Of a stretch of 64,000 nucleotides of DNA, positions 19,710 through 29,603 are shown piece by piece (position 1 is the first letter of the stretch; each line of letters opens with the position of its first letter). The position numbers and the translations under genes were made by a program. The stretch is from a virus. The notes under the pieces were generated by a model that was not told where the DNA came from, ran no database searches, and saw nothing but the letters and a program-made list of their open reading frames with translations. Location of the stretch: positions 10,485 through 74,484 of the IMG/VR virus record IMGVR_UViG_3300042887_003609. One strand, written 5' to 3'.

Positions 19710-22385
19710 TTAGTTATAATTATCTAGTCCAAAAAGCATTGAGTTAAACGTAGCTAAATCAATAGGGTTTTGTGGTATGTATTGTAAAGTTCTAGTTTTA
19801 GTATCTATTATAGTTCCAGATGGAACTACCATCCCATCATCTTGCATTTTAAATGTAATGTCTGCTTGAATCTTTGGATTATAATATTGATACTGACCTG
19901 TGCTTTTTAAAATTACTTCTCTATTATTTACAGAAGTATTTTGATTTAAGTAAGTATTACTTATAGTCTGTTTTGGAATTACTACTGTAATACCTTGAGA
20001 AATAACTTTATTATATTCTTCCTCTTCTATAGCTTTAGAATCTAATAAAGCTTTTAATGTTTTATCATCTGCTGAAGGTCTTATATGAAGTGTTCCATAT
20101 TTTTTTGATCCTAAACCTAATGGTGAATATGAATATGCTACAGGATTTTTATTAACTCTCATATTAACTCTTAAGTTATTAACATATCCTTGCATTACGT
20201 CAGATGCTTTTATATCTTCAAAATCATCTTCTGATTCACTTCTTACAGTTTCAGGAGAACCTAATGCAACTTTAGAACCTGCTAAACTAGAAGTAATATC
20301 ATATAATGCAAGAGTTTGCTTTGACTTATTTCTTTTTGGATCTGCAACACCACTAATTACATAATCAGTAGTTATACCACCTCCACCGCCAAGACCTATA
20401 CCTCCGGCAGGAACATAAGATTTATTTTGAATAGCATAGTTTATATACTTTTCATCAAAGTCTTCTTTTTGATCATCATATAAACTTTCAAAATATTGTT
20501 TAGCTGTTGTTTTAGAACCAAACATTCGTTTAAATCCTTCTATTTCTGCAGATGCAAAACCAGATAACATTCTTTGTTCTAATCCTTTAGTACCATACTT
20601 TGATACATATTCATTATAAGCAGCAGTTTTGTTTCTTAATCTTCCATTTTTATCAAACATAGAAGATAATAAAACTTTATCAAATTCATCAGTAGCTTTA
20701 TCTGCTAATAGATTATTAACTACAGCCTTATTATTTTTTGCAATTGTTACATCAGTAGCATCCATCATTTGTCTTGCATCGTTTGCATTTTTTAATGGTG
20801 TGCTAATAGCTGAATTTAATTCAGGATATCTTGTAAACAAATCAGAAATTTTACCGTGAATTGCTCTAAGTTTATTAGTAGATAAAACACCTGATTGTAA
20901 ATCAGCAAGCTTTACATTTTCAGACTGTAACATTTTATTTACAGCACTTTTAATATTTGGATCATTTATATTTAAAGCACCTGTTACTATAGAATTAACG
21001 GCACCAGAATAATTTTTCCAGGATTGATTATAAACCTCTCTATCTTCTTTAAGAACATTAATATCCTGACCAGCTTGAGTAGTAGTGGCTTGTGGAATAA
21101 ATTCATCATAGTCACCTCCTTCTAATTCTTTTTTATATTTTTCAAGTTTAAGATCATAATTAAAGTCAAGCTCTTTTTCCATTTGAGTATAAGACCAATC
21201 TACTTTCTTTTTCCAATTGTACATTTCAAACTCATCTGGTTTTTGTGATATCTGATAATCTTTATATGCTTGAATATTTGAAGCTTGTACAAGATTATCA
21301 GATATAAAACTTGATGCCTGAGATTGAATAGCTGCATTTTCTAAAATAGATAAATCATTATTATTATATGCATCTCTAATTACTCTAATTCTTTCATTTG
21401 TACTTTCAAGATTTTCAGAATAAACATTTTTTTGTTTTGTTAACTGCTGGTATTCTAATTGTTCTTTAGTAGAAAGCTTTCCACCATTTGATAATCTTGC
21501 ATTATAAATATCAATTTTAGATTCTACATCATCTAAACTTTTTTGAATAAGTAATGTTTTTGCTGCATCATTATTTAATAAATCATTTGCAATAGTTGGA
21601 AAATATTCTGCTTTTGCTTGATTAATATCTCCATTATATTTTGTATTTGCTAATGGTAAAACATCATTCATTACATTAACATATGCTTGAGTTTGAGCAT
21701 ATTTTTTTACACGAGGATCAACTCCAAGAGTTGAAGATAATTGTTGTAATATTACATTAAAAGCTTTTGGTCCATTTTTAGTAGTTACCATATAACCACC
21801 AGACTTTTCATCAATTGATATGTTAGTAAACTTTTCACCCAATATTTTTTCAGCTTCAGTAAATATATTTACATATGGAACATATTCCGGTGCAGAAACC
21901 TTTCTTGCATTTTCATCATCACTACTTTGAAATTCTTTTAATTTGTAGTTAATAGCTTGCATTGATACATCTGAGTATTTTCCTTTACAATCATCAGATA
22001 AACAATTTTTATAACTTTCTCCTTCACTTAAAGCCTGTTTAGCTTTTTTAGTGTACATCATGTCATATACAATATTGTTATCCTCATAAAAAGGTTTAAA
22101 AACATTGCTAGCCAATTGTACATTTTGTGGAAGAGATAAATCAAGTGATGATATTTTTTTAATATTATCTTCTGCAGCTTTTAAAAATTCTGCTCTTCTT
22201 TGTTGATTAACAGGTCTAGTCAAATCTGAATTAAGAATTGAACTATACACATCATTTACCTGACTAAATCCTGCGTTATATTGACTCTGCTTATATTGCA
22301 AAGCATTCATCAAAAAGTCATAGTCAGGTTTAAATGGCTGGATATCCGGAAAGGTATCTGTTATATTAGGAATATAGGTTGCCAT
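19710..22385 (-). CDS. Putative ejection/internal virion protein
   Basis: 891 aa, helical/coiled-coil. N-terminus MATYIPNITD...PDYDFLMNALQYKQSQY resembles crAss-like cargo proteins that precede the vRNAP. First gene after a late-type promoter. Confidence 0.6.
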   Translation of the reverse strand: MATYIPNITDTFPDIQPFKPDYDFLMNALQYKQSQYNAGFSQVNDVYSSILNSDLTRPVNQQRRAEFLKAAEDNIKKISSLDLSLPQNVQLASNVFKPFYEDNNIVYDMMYTKKAKQALSEGESYKNCLSDDCKGKYSDVSMQAINYKLKEFQSSDDENARKVSAPEYVPYVNIFTEAEKILGEKFTNISIDEKSGGYMVTTKNGPKAFNVILQQLSSTLGVDPRVKKYAQTQAYVNVMNDVLPLANTKYNGDINQAKAEYFPTIANDLLNNDAAKTLLIQKSLDDVESKIDIYNARLSNGGKLSTKEQLEYQQLTKQKNVYSENLESTNERIRVIRDAYNNNDLSILENAAIQSQASSFISDNLVQASNIQAYKDYQISQKPDEFEMYNWKKKVDWSYTQMEKELDFNYDLKLEKYKKELEGGDYDEFIPQATTTQAGQDINVLKEDREVYNQSWKNYSGAVNSIVTGALNINDPNIKSAVNKMLQSENVKLADLQSGVLSTNKLRAIHGKISDLFTRYPELNSAISTPLKNANDARQMMDATDVTIAKNNKAVVNNLLADKATDEFDKVLLSSMFDKNGRLRNKTAAYNEYVSKYGTKGLEQRMLSGFASAEIEGFKRMFGSKTTAKQYFESLYDDQKEDFDEKYINYAIQNKSYVPAGGIGLGGGGGITTDYVISGVADPKRNKSKQTLALYDITSSLAGSKVALGSPETVRSESEDDFEDIKASDVMQGYVNNLRVNMRVNKNPVAYSYSPLGLGSKKYGTLHIRPSADDKTLKALLDSKAIEEEEYNKVISQGITVVIPKQTISNTYLNQNTSVNNREVILKSTGQYQYYNPKIQADITFKMQDDGMVVPSGTIIDTKTRTLQYIPQNPIDLATFNSMLFGLDNYN

Positions 22386-22388
22386 GAT

Positions 22389-22403
22389 TACAATACAATA
22401 TAC
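22389..22403 (-). promoter_or_regulatory. Putative late promoter
   Basis: GTATATTGTATTGTA, 3 nt before the ATG at 22385; matches the window-wide motif. Confidence 0.6.
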
Positions 22404-22437
22404 TAAAAATTATTAAGGTTTAATAAATTCTAAAAGT

Positions 22438-25116
22438 TTACCTTCTATTTCTAAGATTCATAAAGTCTCTTAAAAAATCATTTCTTGAATCAGATTTATT
22501 ACTTGAACCAGATCCATTAAATCTTTTAATTAATTCTTTATCTATATCTTCTTTAGAAAGATTAGGAAAGTTTTCAGCATAGAATTTTCTTAAACTTTCT
22601 ATACTTGGTTGTGATTGTTGTGATGAGCCAGATAAACTTCTTTGATTAGGAACAAATGAAAGTCCTCCACCAATAGCAGGATTTATGGCAAATTCAGGAT
22701 ACAAAGTATTTAATACTTGAGTCATTGCATTATTTGTAATTGCATTAGTAGCTTGCTGATTAATTTCAGCATTTGCAGTGCGTTTAGCATTATCATACTG
22801 TTGATTAGCAATAACTGTTTTATCATAGTAATTTGATTTAGCTAAAGCATTCTTCATATTGAAATCATTAATCAATGCTTTATTAGACTGTTCAAATTGA
22901 TTAGCTACACCTACATTAAGATTGTTATATCTACCAAGTATATCAGCTGCACCTTTTAAACCAGATCCTTGAATCTGAGAAGCTCTAGAACTTAATGCTT
23001 GAGGGCCTGCAAACTGTCCTAAGTTTTGAGTAACTAAATTTGCCATTTCAGCATTTGCAGCTAACTCTCTACTTGGATCATAGAATGTAGGATCCATTAA
23101 CATTGGTTGAGGCATAGCAACATCATAAGGCATGTATTTATTTATACCTAATCTGTTACCTAATGCTAATCCTAAATTCATTAAATCTTGAGGATAAACT
23201 CCAGCAGATGGTCTTGCTACATTAGCAGCAACCAATGGATCTTGAGTATATGAACCAACTTCATCTTGTTTTGTTGGGGCAACATCTACTTTCTTTTTAG
23301 GTACATTAAATAATACTCTTGTTTCAAAAAACTTACCAGCTTTTTCATCTAATGCATTAGGAACACCACTTGTTTTTGTAGGATCAAAACCAATTTTATT
23401 TAAAAAACCTTTAGCTTCTTGAGGTGAATAACCTGCATTTATAAATCTATTAAACATTTCAGAATTATACATTCTCATAGCTTTTCCTACTTGAGATGGA
23501 TCTGACCAATTAATAGGTCCATACCATGACCAGTTCTGACTTGCTTGTTCAGGATTAAATCTACCAAAAGTACCTTGCTTTGTTGTAGTCTGTAATTTTT
23601 CAAAACCTTCTTGAGGTACATTAAGACTTGGATCTAAAGTATTTAAAATCTTTACTAACTCTGGATCATATGTACTATATTCAAATGTTTGACCATTTTG
23701 TGCTTTACCCATAGATACTTGAGCATCTTGTGGAGTCATTACATCTGGCATAAACATAGAAGGATCCATTCCTACTTTCTGCATATAAGGCATAGAGATA
23801 GATGGTGGTCCTTGTGGAAATCCTTTACGTGCTTCTTGTACTAAAGCAAGTTTACCCAACTGTGAAAGATTGTTATCATACATTCTTTTAGCAGTTGATC
23901 TAGCAATAATATCTGCAGTAGGATCATTTAATGTTTTTTGAATATCCGGATTATTAAGATTAAACTTCTTTGATATTTTAGCAGGAGTATAACCACCTTT
24001 CTTATAAGACATACCAAAAGATTCTAATATTGCGGGATCTTTAATCTTCATGTCTTTTGTATCAGAGAATATAAAATCACCACCACCGGCTTGAAGTGGA
24101 GTACCACCTTCACTGTGACGTTTACCACCAATCTTATACATATTAAGAATACCATTATCAGATGGCTTAACAATTGTTTCACCAGCTTCAGCTTCAATGT
24201 TAGCTATCTCTCTTGGTACTTCTTCTGCATACTGTCTTACAGAACTTTCATCTTCACCTCCTAACATATTACTATATTTAGATCTTCTTACATTAGAATT
24301 GTAAGGATACATTTCATCTACAGCTTGTGTATTTTGAGTACCTCCATAAGCTTCTTTGGGTAACCCTGTGATTTTAATTTTTCTTTTCATTTGTCCACCG
24401 TATTGTGCAATTTTACCAAACTGTCCGTAAACAGCTTCATCAGGTCTAAAGTTAAGACCTGTACCATAATTTAATGTATAATCTCCTCTATTACCAGAAT
24501 AACCTTCAGGTATAGAAGCATATAAAGAGTCAGATAAAAATCTATTTCTAAATTGATCTTCAGCTCTATTCTGTTCTCTTTTCTTACCCATGTTTGCAAA
24601 TATTCCAGTTTGTATTAAAGGAACCATCCCTGCAATTTGAGTTAGCTTAGATAAATCACCTAAAGATTTATCAGAATTACTTACCGGAGCATAGCCTGGT
24701 GCATATGCGGCATCTTCTGTAAATACAGTTCCTTCAGGAGAAGCTGTATATTGTTCTGCTACATTAGCATAATAGTTACTTGATGTAAGAGGTCCATAAG
24801 GCTCATTGAACATATCTACATCATCTACTAAAGGAGTTACAGAAGGTGCAACTCTAGACATGCTAAAGTTAGGAGCACCAAAAACACTAGCTGAATCAAA
24901 TGGCTTTGTCATTACAGGATTTTCTGTAGAGAATGGTACCATTCCCTGTGTACTACTAGGTGTAGTATTTGTACTTCCTTTTGTTACATCTCCATAAAAA
25001 CCAAACATATTTTGATTTGCTTTCCATATATCTTGTTGCTGAGGAGTTAACACAATAGGAGGTTTTCCTGCAAATTGCGCTTTAGGTAAAGATTTAATTC
25101 TGACTTTCTTTTTCAT
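22438..25116 (-). CDS. Putative internal virion (cargo) protein
   Basis: Likely start is ATG 25116 (MKKKVRIK) rather than TTG 25128. Contains IEAEAGETIV...GGKRHSEGGTPL...FIFSD, a duplicated K-x-[RK]-I-x-x-LPK-AxxG element and an Ala/Asn/Gln-rich helical C-terminal region. Confidence 0.6.
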   Translation of the reverse strand: MKKKVRIKSLPKAQFAGKPPIVLTPQQQDIWKANQNMFGFYGDVTKGSTNTTPSSTQGMVPFSTENPVMTKPFDSASVFGAPNFSMSRVAPSVTPLVDDVDMFNEPYGPLTSSNYYANVAEQYTASPEGTVFTEDAAYAPGYAPVSNSDKSLGDLSKLTQIAGMVPLIQTGIFANMGKKREQNRAEDQFRNRFLSDSLYASIPEGYSGNRGDYTLNYGTGLNFRPDEAVYGQFGKIAQYGGQMKRKIKITGLPKEAYGGTQNTQAVDEMYPYNSNVRRSKYSNMLGGEDESSVRQYAEEVPREIANIEAEAGETIVKPSDNGILNMYKIGGKRHSEGGTPLQAGGGDFIFSDTKDMKIKDPAILESFGMSYKKGGYTPAKISKKFNLNNPDIQKTLNDPTADIIARSTAKRMYDNNLSQLGKLALVQEARKGFPQGPPSISMPYMQKVGMDPSMFMPDVMTPQDAQVSMGKAQNGQTFEYSTYDPELVKILNTLDPSLNVPQEGFEKLQTTTKQGTFGRFNPEQASQNWSWYGPINWSDPSQVGKAMRMYNSEMFNRFINAGYSPQEAKGFLNKIGFDPTKTSGVPNALDEKAGKFFETRVLFNVPKKKVDVAPTKQDEVGSYTQDPLVAANVARPSAGVYPQDLMNLGLALGNRLGINKYMPYDVAMPQPMLMDPTFYDPSRELAANAEMANLVTQNLGQFAGPQALSSRASQIQGSGLKGAADILGRYNNLNVGVANQFEQSNKALINDFNMKNALAKSNYYDKTVIANQQYDNAKRTANAEINQQATNAITNNAMTQVLNTLYPEFAINPAIGGGLSFVPNQRSLSGSSQQSQPSIESLRKFYAENFPNLSKEDIDKELIKRFNGSGSSNKSDSRNDFLRDFMNLRNRR

Positions 25117-25120
25117 GTTT

Positions 25121-26803
25121 TTAATCAATATATTCTACACCATATCCCATGTCCATTAGACGTTGGATTTCTGATTCATCTAATTCCATAGTATCTCCCA
25201 TACCTATTTGACCACCTTCTTGCTTTGCAAAGTTTCTTGCAAAGTTAGCTTTTTTTCTCATTTCAGGAGAATACTTACCTTTAGGAGCATTCAATATAGT
25301 TTTAGCTGCTTCTTGTACACCCATACCCATTCTAGTTGCTTGAGCTTTAAATGTACCTTTCTTAGCAGGATCAATATAAATACCACCTTTTTTCATTTGA
25401 AACTGACTCTCTTGAATAGCTTTCATAATTTGCTCAAGAGCTTTTTGCTGTTCTTCAGGAGGCATGCTTTGAAGTTGTTTCATAATTTCACCAGGATCAG
25501 TTTGTGTCATTTGAGCATACATCTGGATAGCTTGCATAATTTGTTCTTGCTGTTGACCACCATCCTGATACATACCACCTTTCATCATTTGATACATGCT
25601 TTCCATATCTCCACCATAAGCCATATTGCTCATGATTTTATTTTGTACATAATCTGGTAAAGCTTGGAATCCAGGATTTTGTGGCTCGCCACCTTCAGCC
25701 CAAGTTCCAAAACGTTTATGCCAGTATAATGGACTAAATGGATCTGTAGCTTTAGCAGAATCTTTTCCTCCCATTCTACTCCAGAATTTATCTTTACGTT
25801 TTTCTGAACCATGTTGAGAGAAATCTTTCATACCTTTATATCCACCGTGTACTACTTTATACTTATCACCTTTCTTAGCAAGCACCATCCATTTTTTACC
25901 TGGACGGGTTGATTGTCTTTTAACACCAACTTTAGTGAAACCTTTATTCTTATAACGCTGAGGAATACCACCTTTGGCCATTTGTTCCATCTCACCCATG
26001 TTATAATCTTCCTCTTCTTCTACTTCAATATCTCTTCCATTATCTTCTGAGTACATTAGGTAATCACTAATAGAATCAATATAATCATCAGCCATTGTAA
26101 TTTTACTAGATACCCAAGGTTCAAGATCACTATCTCCACCAATAAACTGACGAAGCTTTTCAGCTTTTTCCATAATAGACATAAGTTGACCTAAAGCCAT
26201 TTCACCATCAGGTTCTCCGCCATCATCCATTCTTTTAACCATACCTCCACATTCATAACATGGTTGACCACCTCTTGCATAACCATAACTATCCATCATA
26301 GATTGATTACCTGCAGCTTTAAATCTTTTTTCTGCTAACCATTGAGGCATCTTACCACCTTCAGCCATAAGCATAGGTAACATTTGCATGGCAAAACTTG
26401 CCATACCTTGATTACTTGAACCTGAAGATTGCTGATTAGGATTCATTGGAATCATAGTAGGAACCATAGAGTTTGCATAATCTAAAACATTCTGACCATA
26501 CTCCTGAATATTAGCATCAGGATTCATCTCCATTCCATTTTGAGCTTTACGGTATCCACCACCTCTACTCTTATAGGTCTTAACTAACCATGCTGAACCA
26601 TAAGCAGAAGGCCATCTATCAAATTTTTGTTTTGCTTCTGATTTTACTCTAGAGTATAGCTGTGGATTAGTTGGTACATTACCACCTTTTTTCATTTGTC
26701 TAGCTTCAGGATATGCCTGGAAGAATGCTTCTTCCGAAGGAAACATATTGTAGAACTCTTCTTCAGTTTCTACACCAGCTATTTTTAAGAATTTATCTTT
26801 CAT
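25121..26803 (-). CDS. Modular protein of small domains separated by xxxGG motifs (candidate polyprotein, internal virion)
   Basis: 560 aa with about 12 [MYWK]xxGG motifs. Intervening modules include LYSRVKSEAKQKF..WPSAY, EMALGQL...WVSSKITMADDY, STRPGKKWMV...VHGG...YW and IYIDPAKKGTF...KKANFARN. Confidence 0.7.
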   Translation of the reverse strand: MKDKFLKIAGVETEEEFYNMFPSEEAFFQAYPEARQMKKGGNVPTNPQLYSRVKSEAKQKFDRWPSAYGSAWLVKTYKSRGGGYRKAQNGMEMNPDANIQEYGQNVLDYANSMVPTMIPMNPNQQSSGSSNQGMASFAMQMLPMLMAEGGKMPQWLAEKRFKAAGNQSMMDSYGYARGGQPCYECGGMVKRMDDGGEPDGEMALGQLMSIMEKAEKLRQFIGGDSDLEPWVSSKITMADDYIDSISDYLMYSEDNGRDIEVEEEEDYNMGEMEQMAKGGIPQRYKNKGFTKVGVKRQSTRPGKKWMVLAKKGDKYKVVHGGYKGMKDFSQHGSEKRKDKFWSRMGGKDSAKATDPFSPLYWHKRFGTWAEGGEPQNPGFQALPDYVQNKIMSNMAYGGDMESMYQMMKGGMYQDGGQQQEQIMQAIQMYAQMTQTDPGEIMKQLQSMPPEEQQKALEQIMKAIQESQFQMKKGGIYIDPAKKGTFKAQATRMGMGVQEAAKTILNAPKGKYSPEMRKKANFARNFAKQEGGQIGMGDTMELDESEIQRLMDMGYGVEYID

Positions 26804-26804
26804 A

Positions 26805-29603
26805 TTATTTATATTTTTTTAACCAGTTAGTTTGTCCACCATCTTTCTTTTTATAAACAGGAATACCTTGTTTATTTTTTTCATAGTAGAATCTATCATA
26901 AACTTCATAAGGTTTTTTAAACCCATAAACTAAATCAGTAATTAAAGGTCCAAAGTCATATACATCATATAATGATATGTACTTACCTTTTTCATCCTCG
27001 CCTTTATCCAAAGTAAAATTTTGCAAAGGATCTTGTTGACTAAATGCTACACCAGAGGCTTCTAAATTTTTTCTACCTTTAATATAAGGATCTAATGAGG
27101 GTATTAATACTTTTGTTTCACCAGGCTTTAATTCTTTTTGTGCTTTTACGTAAGCATTAATAAGCTTTTGAGGATCATACATATTCTCAAATCTTACATA
27201 TTCTGTATCATTGTCTTCTGAATTAGCAGGTTTATAACTAGCAGGCTTAATATATTTGAAGTCATCTTTAAAACCTAATCCTTTTCTCCATGCTTCTTCA
27301 GAAGGAGATAAGTTACCCTTTTTATCTTTTAAAGGTTCAACAGAAGGATTATTTAATTTTATTATTGCATCTAATACATCAGGATATTCAATAGGTCTAT
27401 ACTTATCAAATACTTCATCTTTAAAATAGTTTAAACCTGTACCCAAAACTTTAGTTGTAAATCTTAATCCTGGATGATATTTTATAAAATTTTTAGCAAG
27501 CCATTTACCACCATCAAACAAAGTATTAGCAAAAGTTTTAACGCCAGGACTTGTAGCTGCTATTTTAATTTCTTGCATCCTATCTGGATTCTGCTCAGTT
27601 GATGTTTCACCACCTTCTTGATATTGATTTAACCATCCACCATATTTTTTACCTGGAGTATATTCAGATATAGGTGATCTATTGTAGTGAATTAAATATT
27701 CTCCGTTATCAAACTTTTTAGGATCTATCCCCATTCTTTCTGCCATAATGTTTTTTAAATTAGCAGATGAGTCATTTACATACTCTCCCATTTGTCTTCC
27801 AGAATTAATCATTTCTTGATCTATAGGAAAATATCCAGCTAAATTAAATTTAGATGGATCTTGAATAACAAATGTTTTCCTACCCCCATAATAATAATCC
27901 GGTCTATTTGTTGGTAGCCCCGCTTGTGCTAGTCTACTTGCATAAATAGATTCAGGTATTTTTGAAGCAAAATTATCATCAGTTTCTGTTGTTTTAATGT
28001 TTTTATTATTTCTATCATATTTAGATCTATACTTATTAGACAGATCTAAATTGTGAAGTTTTGCCCACTCTCTTATTTCAGGATTGTTTAACATTTCAAC
28101 CCTGGTTTGTTCTGCGCGATTCCAAATTTGATCAGGTCTATTTGCAGTATAATCATCAACCATCTCAATATTGTATCCTTGAGTTGCTAGTGCTTCATCA
28201 AATCTTTGATTAAGATTGGACATTCCACTTTCAACTTGTTGTTTTTTATCATAACCTACACTTTGATCATAGTCTACAAGGGAACTTTTATCTCCCTTTA
28301 AAATATAAGCGTATGTTTCTGGAGAGTTTAAGAAATAGTTTCCAGGATTTTGATTTAAATTGGTTGTCCATATTCTATTTGGACCGTATCCATCATCAAT
28401 GGTGTTTCCTTTATTAAGTGGTAAATTCCCAAAAGATCTTCCGACCATCTGTGGAAGAATGTAATCTTGTTCTAAAGATGTTTGAAAATTAGAAGCTGGT
28501 AAATTAATTCTATCGCCAGAAGTTAGTCTATTATCAATAGGATAATAAGAAGCAGCTACATTAACTAATTCTTCTAGCGTAGGATTTAATAAATTTACAG
28601 GAATATTAGGTTGAAAGGTAGTTTCTCCTTTAGTAGAACCCTTTGCTATTTCAGGATATATAGTAAGTGAGGGATTGTAAACTAAATTACCTTCCGTATC
28701 ATACATATATCTATTACTATCGCTTATCTTTTTTCTTTTAACTCTAATGTCAACAGGAGCTATTCTTGTAGGATTTTGTTCAGTTGATGTTTCTCCACCC
28801 TTTTGATAATTATCTAACCAACCCCCGTACTTCTTTTTTTCTACCTCATCTTGTACAGTATCTGCTGCATTTATTATTTGTTGCCAAGGTAAATACTTAT
28901 AAACAGCTTTCATTGCATCTGGATCAGCCAAATACTTTAGTTTACCTAATTTACCTAATGCTGGTACAGCACCAAACATATCCATTCCTTGCTCAAAACT
29001 TGGTAAGGTTGATCCTGATTTTTTCCATTTTTGATATGCTCTTCTAGCATCATCATGTGATGTATATCCAGTAGGATCAAAAAATTCTACTATGTTTTCT
29101 GCAGTAGAGTCAGGCATTGCATCATCCCATTCTTGAGTAGTATACCATTGTCCACCTTGTTGCTTACGCTTATGATTATAATCTATACGCTTACCAGAAG
29201 TCTTTTCTCTTTTAAACTTTGCTTTTTCAGCAGAAGACATTTCAGATGTAGTTTTAGGAGTAGTTTCATTTACTCTCTTCTTTGGTCTACATGCAGGATA
29301 TGGTCTACCATCTTTGTCCTTACCAGATCTGCCACAAGGTTTACCAGTTTTAATATCTGTCCACTCTTCAGCAAACCATTGTGTTAAACCACCTTTACCC
29401 ATCTGTGGTATTTCTGTAACATAATCACCGGGAAATGTATAATCCATTCCTGGCATCATAAGTTCTTGATTACCAAGGTTATCAATACCTAATACAGGAT
29501 AGTTAACACCCTGCATGGTTATATTATTAGAAGGTATAATAGTAACTTCACCGGGATATTCCCACTGACCAAATGGAGTTACTATAGGTTTCTTTTTACC
29601 CAT
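26805..29603 (-). CDS. Modular internal virion protein with xxxGG-delimited domains
   Basis: 932 aa. N-terminal GQWEYPG...ITMQGVNYPVLG domain, a GGLTQWF...CGRS...YPACRP module and a duplicated KKYGGWLxxYQxGGETSTEQNP linker. Confidence 0.7.
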   Translation of the reverse strand: MGKKKPIVTPFGQWEYPGEVTIIPSNNITMQGVNYPVLGIDNLGNQELMMPGMDYTFPGDYVTEIPQMGKGGLTQWFAEEWTDIKTGKPCGRSGKDKDGRPYPACRPKKRVNETTPKTTSEMSSAEKAKFKREKTSGKRIDYNHKRKQQGGQWYTTQEWDDAMPDSTAENIVEFFDPTGYTSHDDARRAYQKWKKSGSTLPSFEQGMDMFGAVPALGKLGKLKYLADPDAMKAVYKYLPWQQIINAADTVQDEVEKKKYGGWLDNYQKGGETSTEQNPTRIAPVDIRVKRKKISDSNRYMYDTEGNLVYNPSLTIYPEIAKGSTKGETTFQPNIPVNLLNPTLEELVNVAASYYPIDNRLTSGDRINLPASNFQTSLEQDYILPQMVGRSFGNLPLNKGNTIDDGYGPNRIWTTNLNQNPGNYFLNSPETYAYILKGDKSSLVDYDQSVGYDKKQQVESGMSNLNQRFDEALATQGYNIEMVDDYTANRPDQIWNRAEQTRVEMLNNPEIREWAKLHNLDLSNKYRSKYDRNNKNIKTTETDDNFASKIPESIYASRLAQAGLPTNRPDYYYGGRKTFVIQDPSKFNLAGYFPIDQEMINSGRQMGEYVNDSSANLKNIMAERMGIDPKKFDNGEYLIHYNRSPISEYTPGKKYGGWLNQYQEGGETSTEQNPDRMQEIKIAATSPGVKTFANTLFDGGKWLAKNFIKYHPGLRFTTKVLGTGLNYFKDEVFDKYRPIEYPDVLDAIIKLNNPSVEPLKDKKGNLSPSEEAWRKGLGFKDDFKYIKPASYKPANSEDNDTEYVRFENMYDPQKLINAYVKAQKELKPGETKVLIPSLDPYIKGRKNLEASGVAFSQQDPLQNFTLDKGEDEKGKYISLYDVYDFGPLITDLVYGFKKPYEVYDRFYYEKNKQGIPVYKKKDGGQTNWLKKYK
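27586..28836. repeat. Imperfect direct repeat of about 66 bp (27586-27651 and 28771-28836) encoding KKYGGWL(D/N)(N/Q)YQ(K/E)GGETSTEQNP
   Basis: Seen directly in both DNA and protein. Confidence 0.85.
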
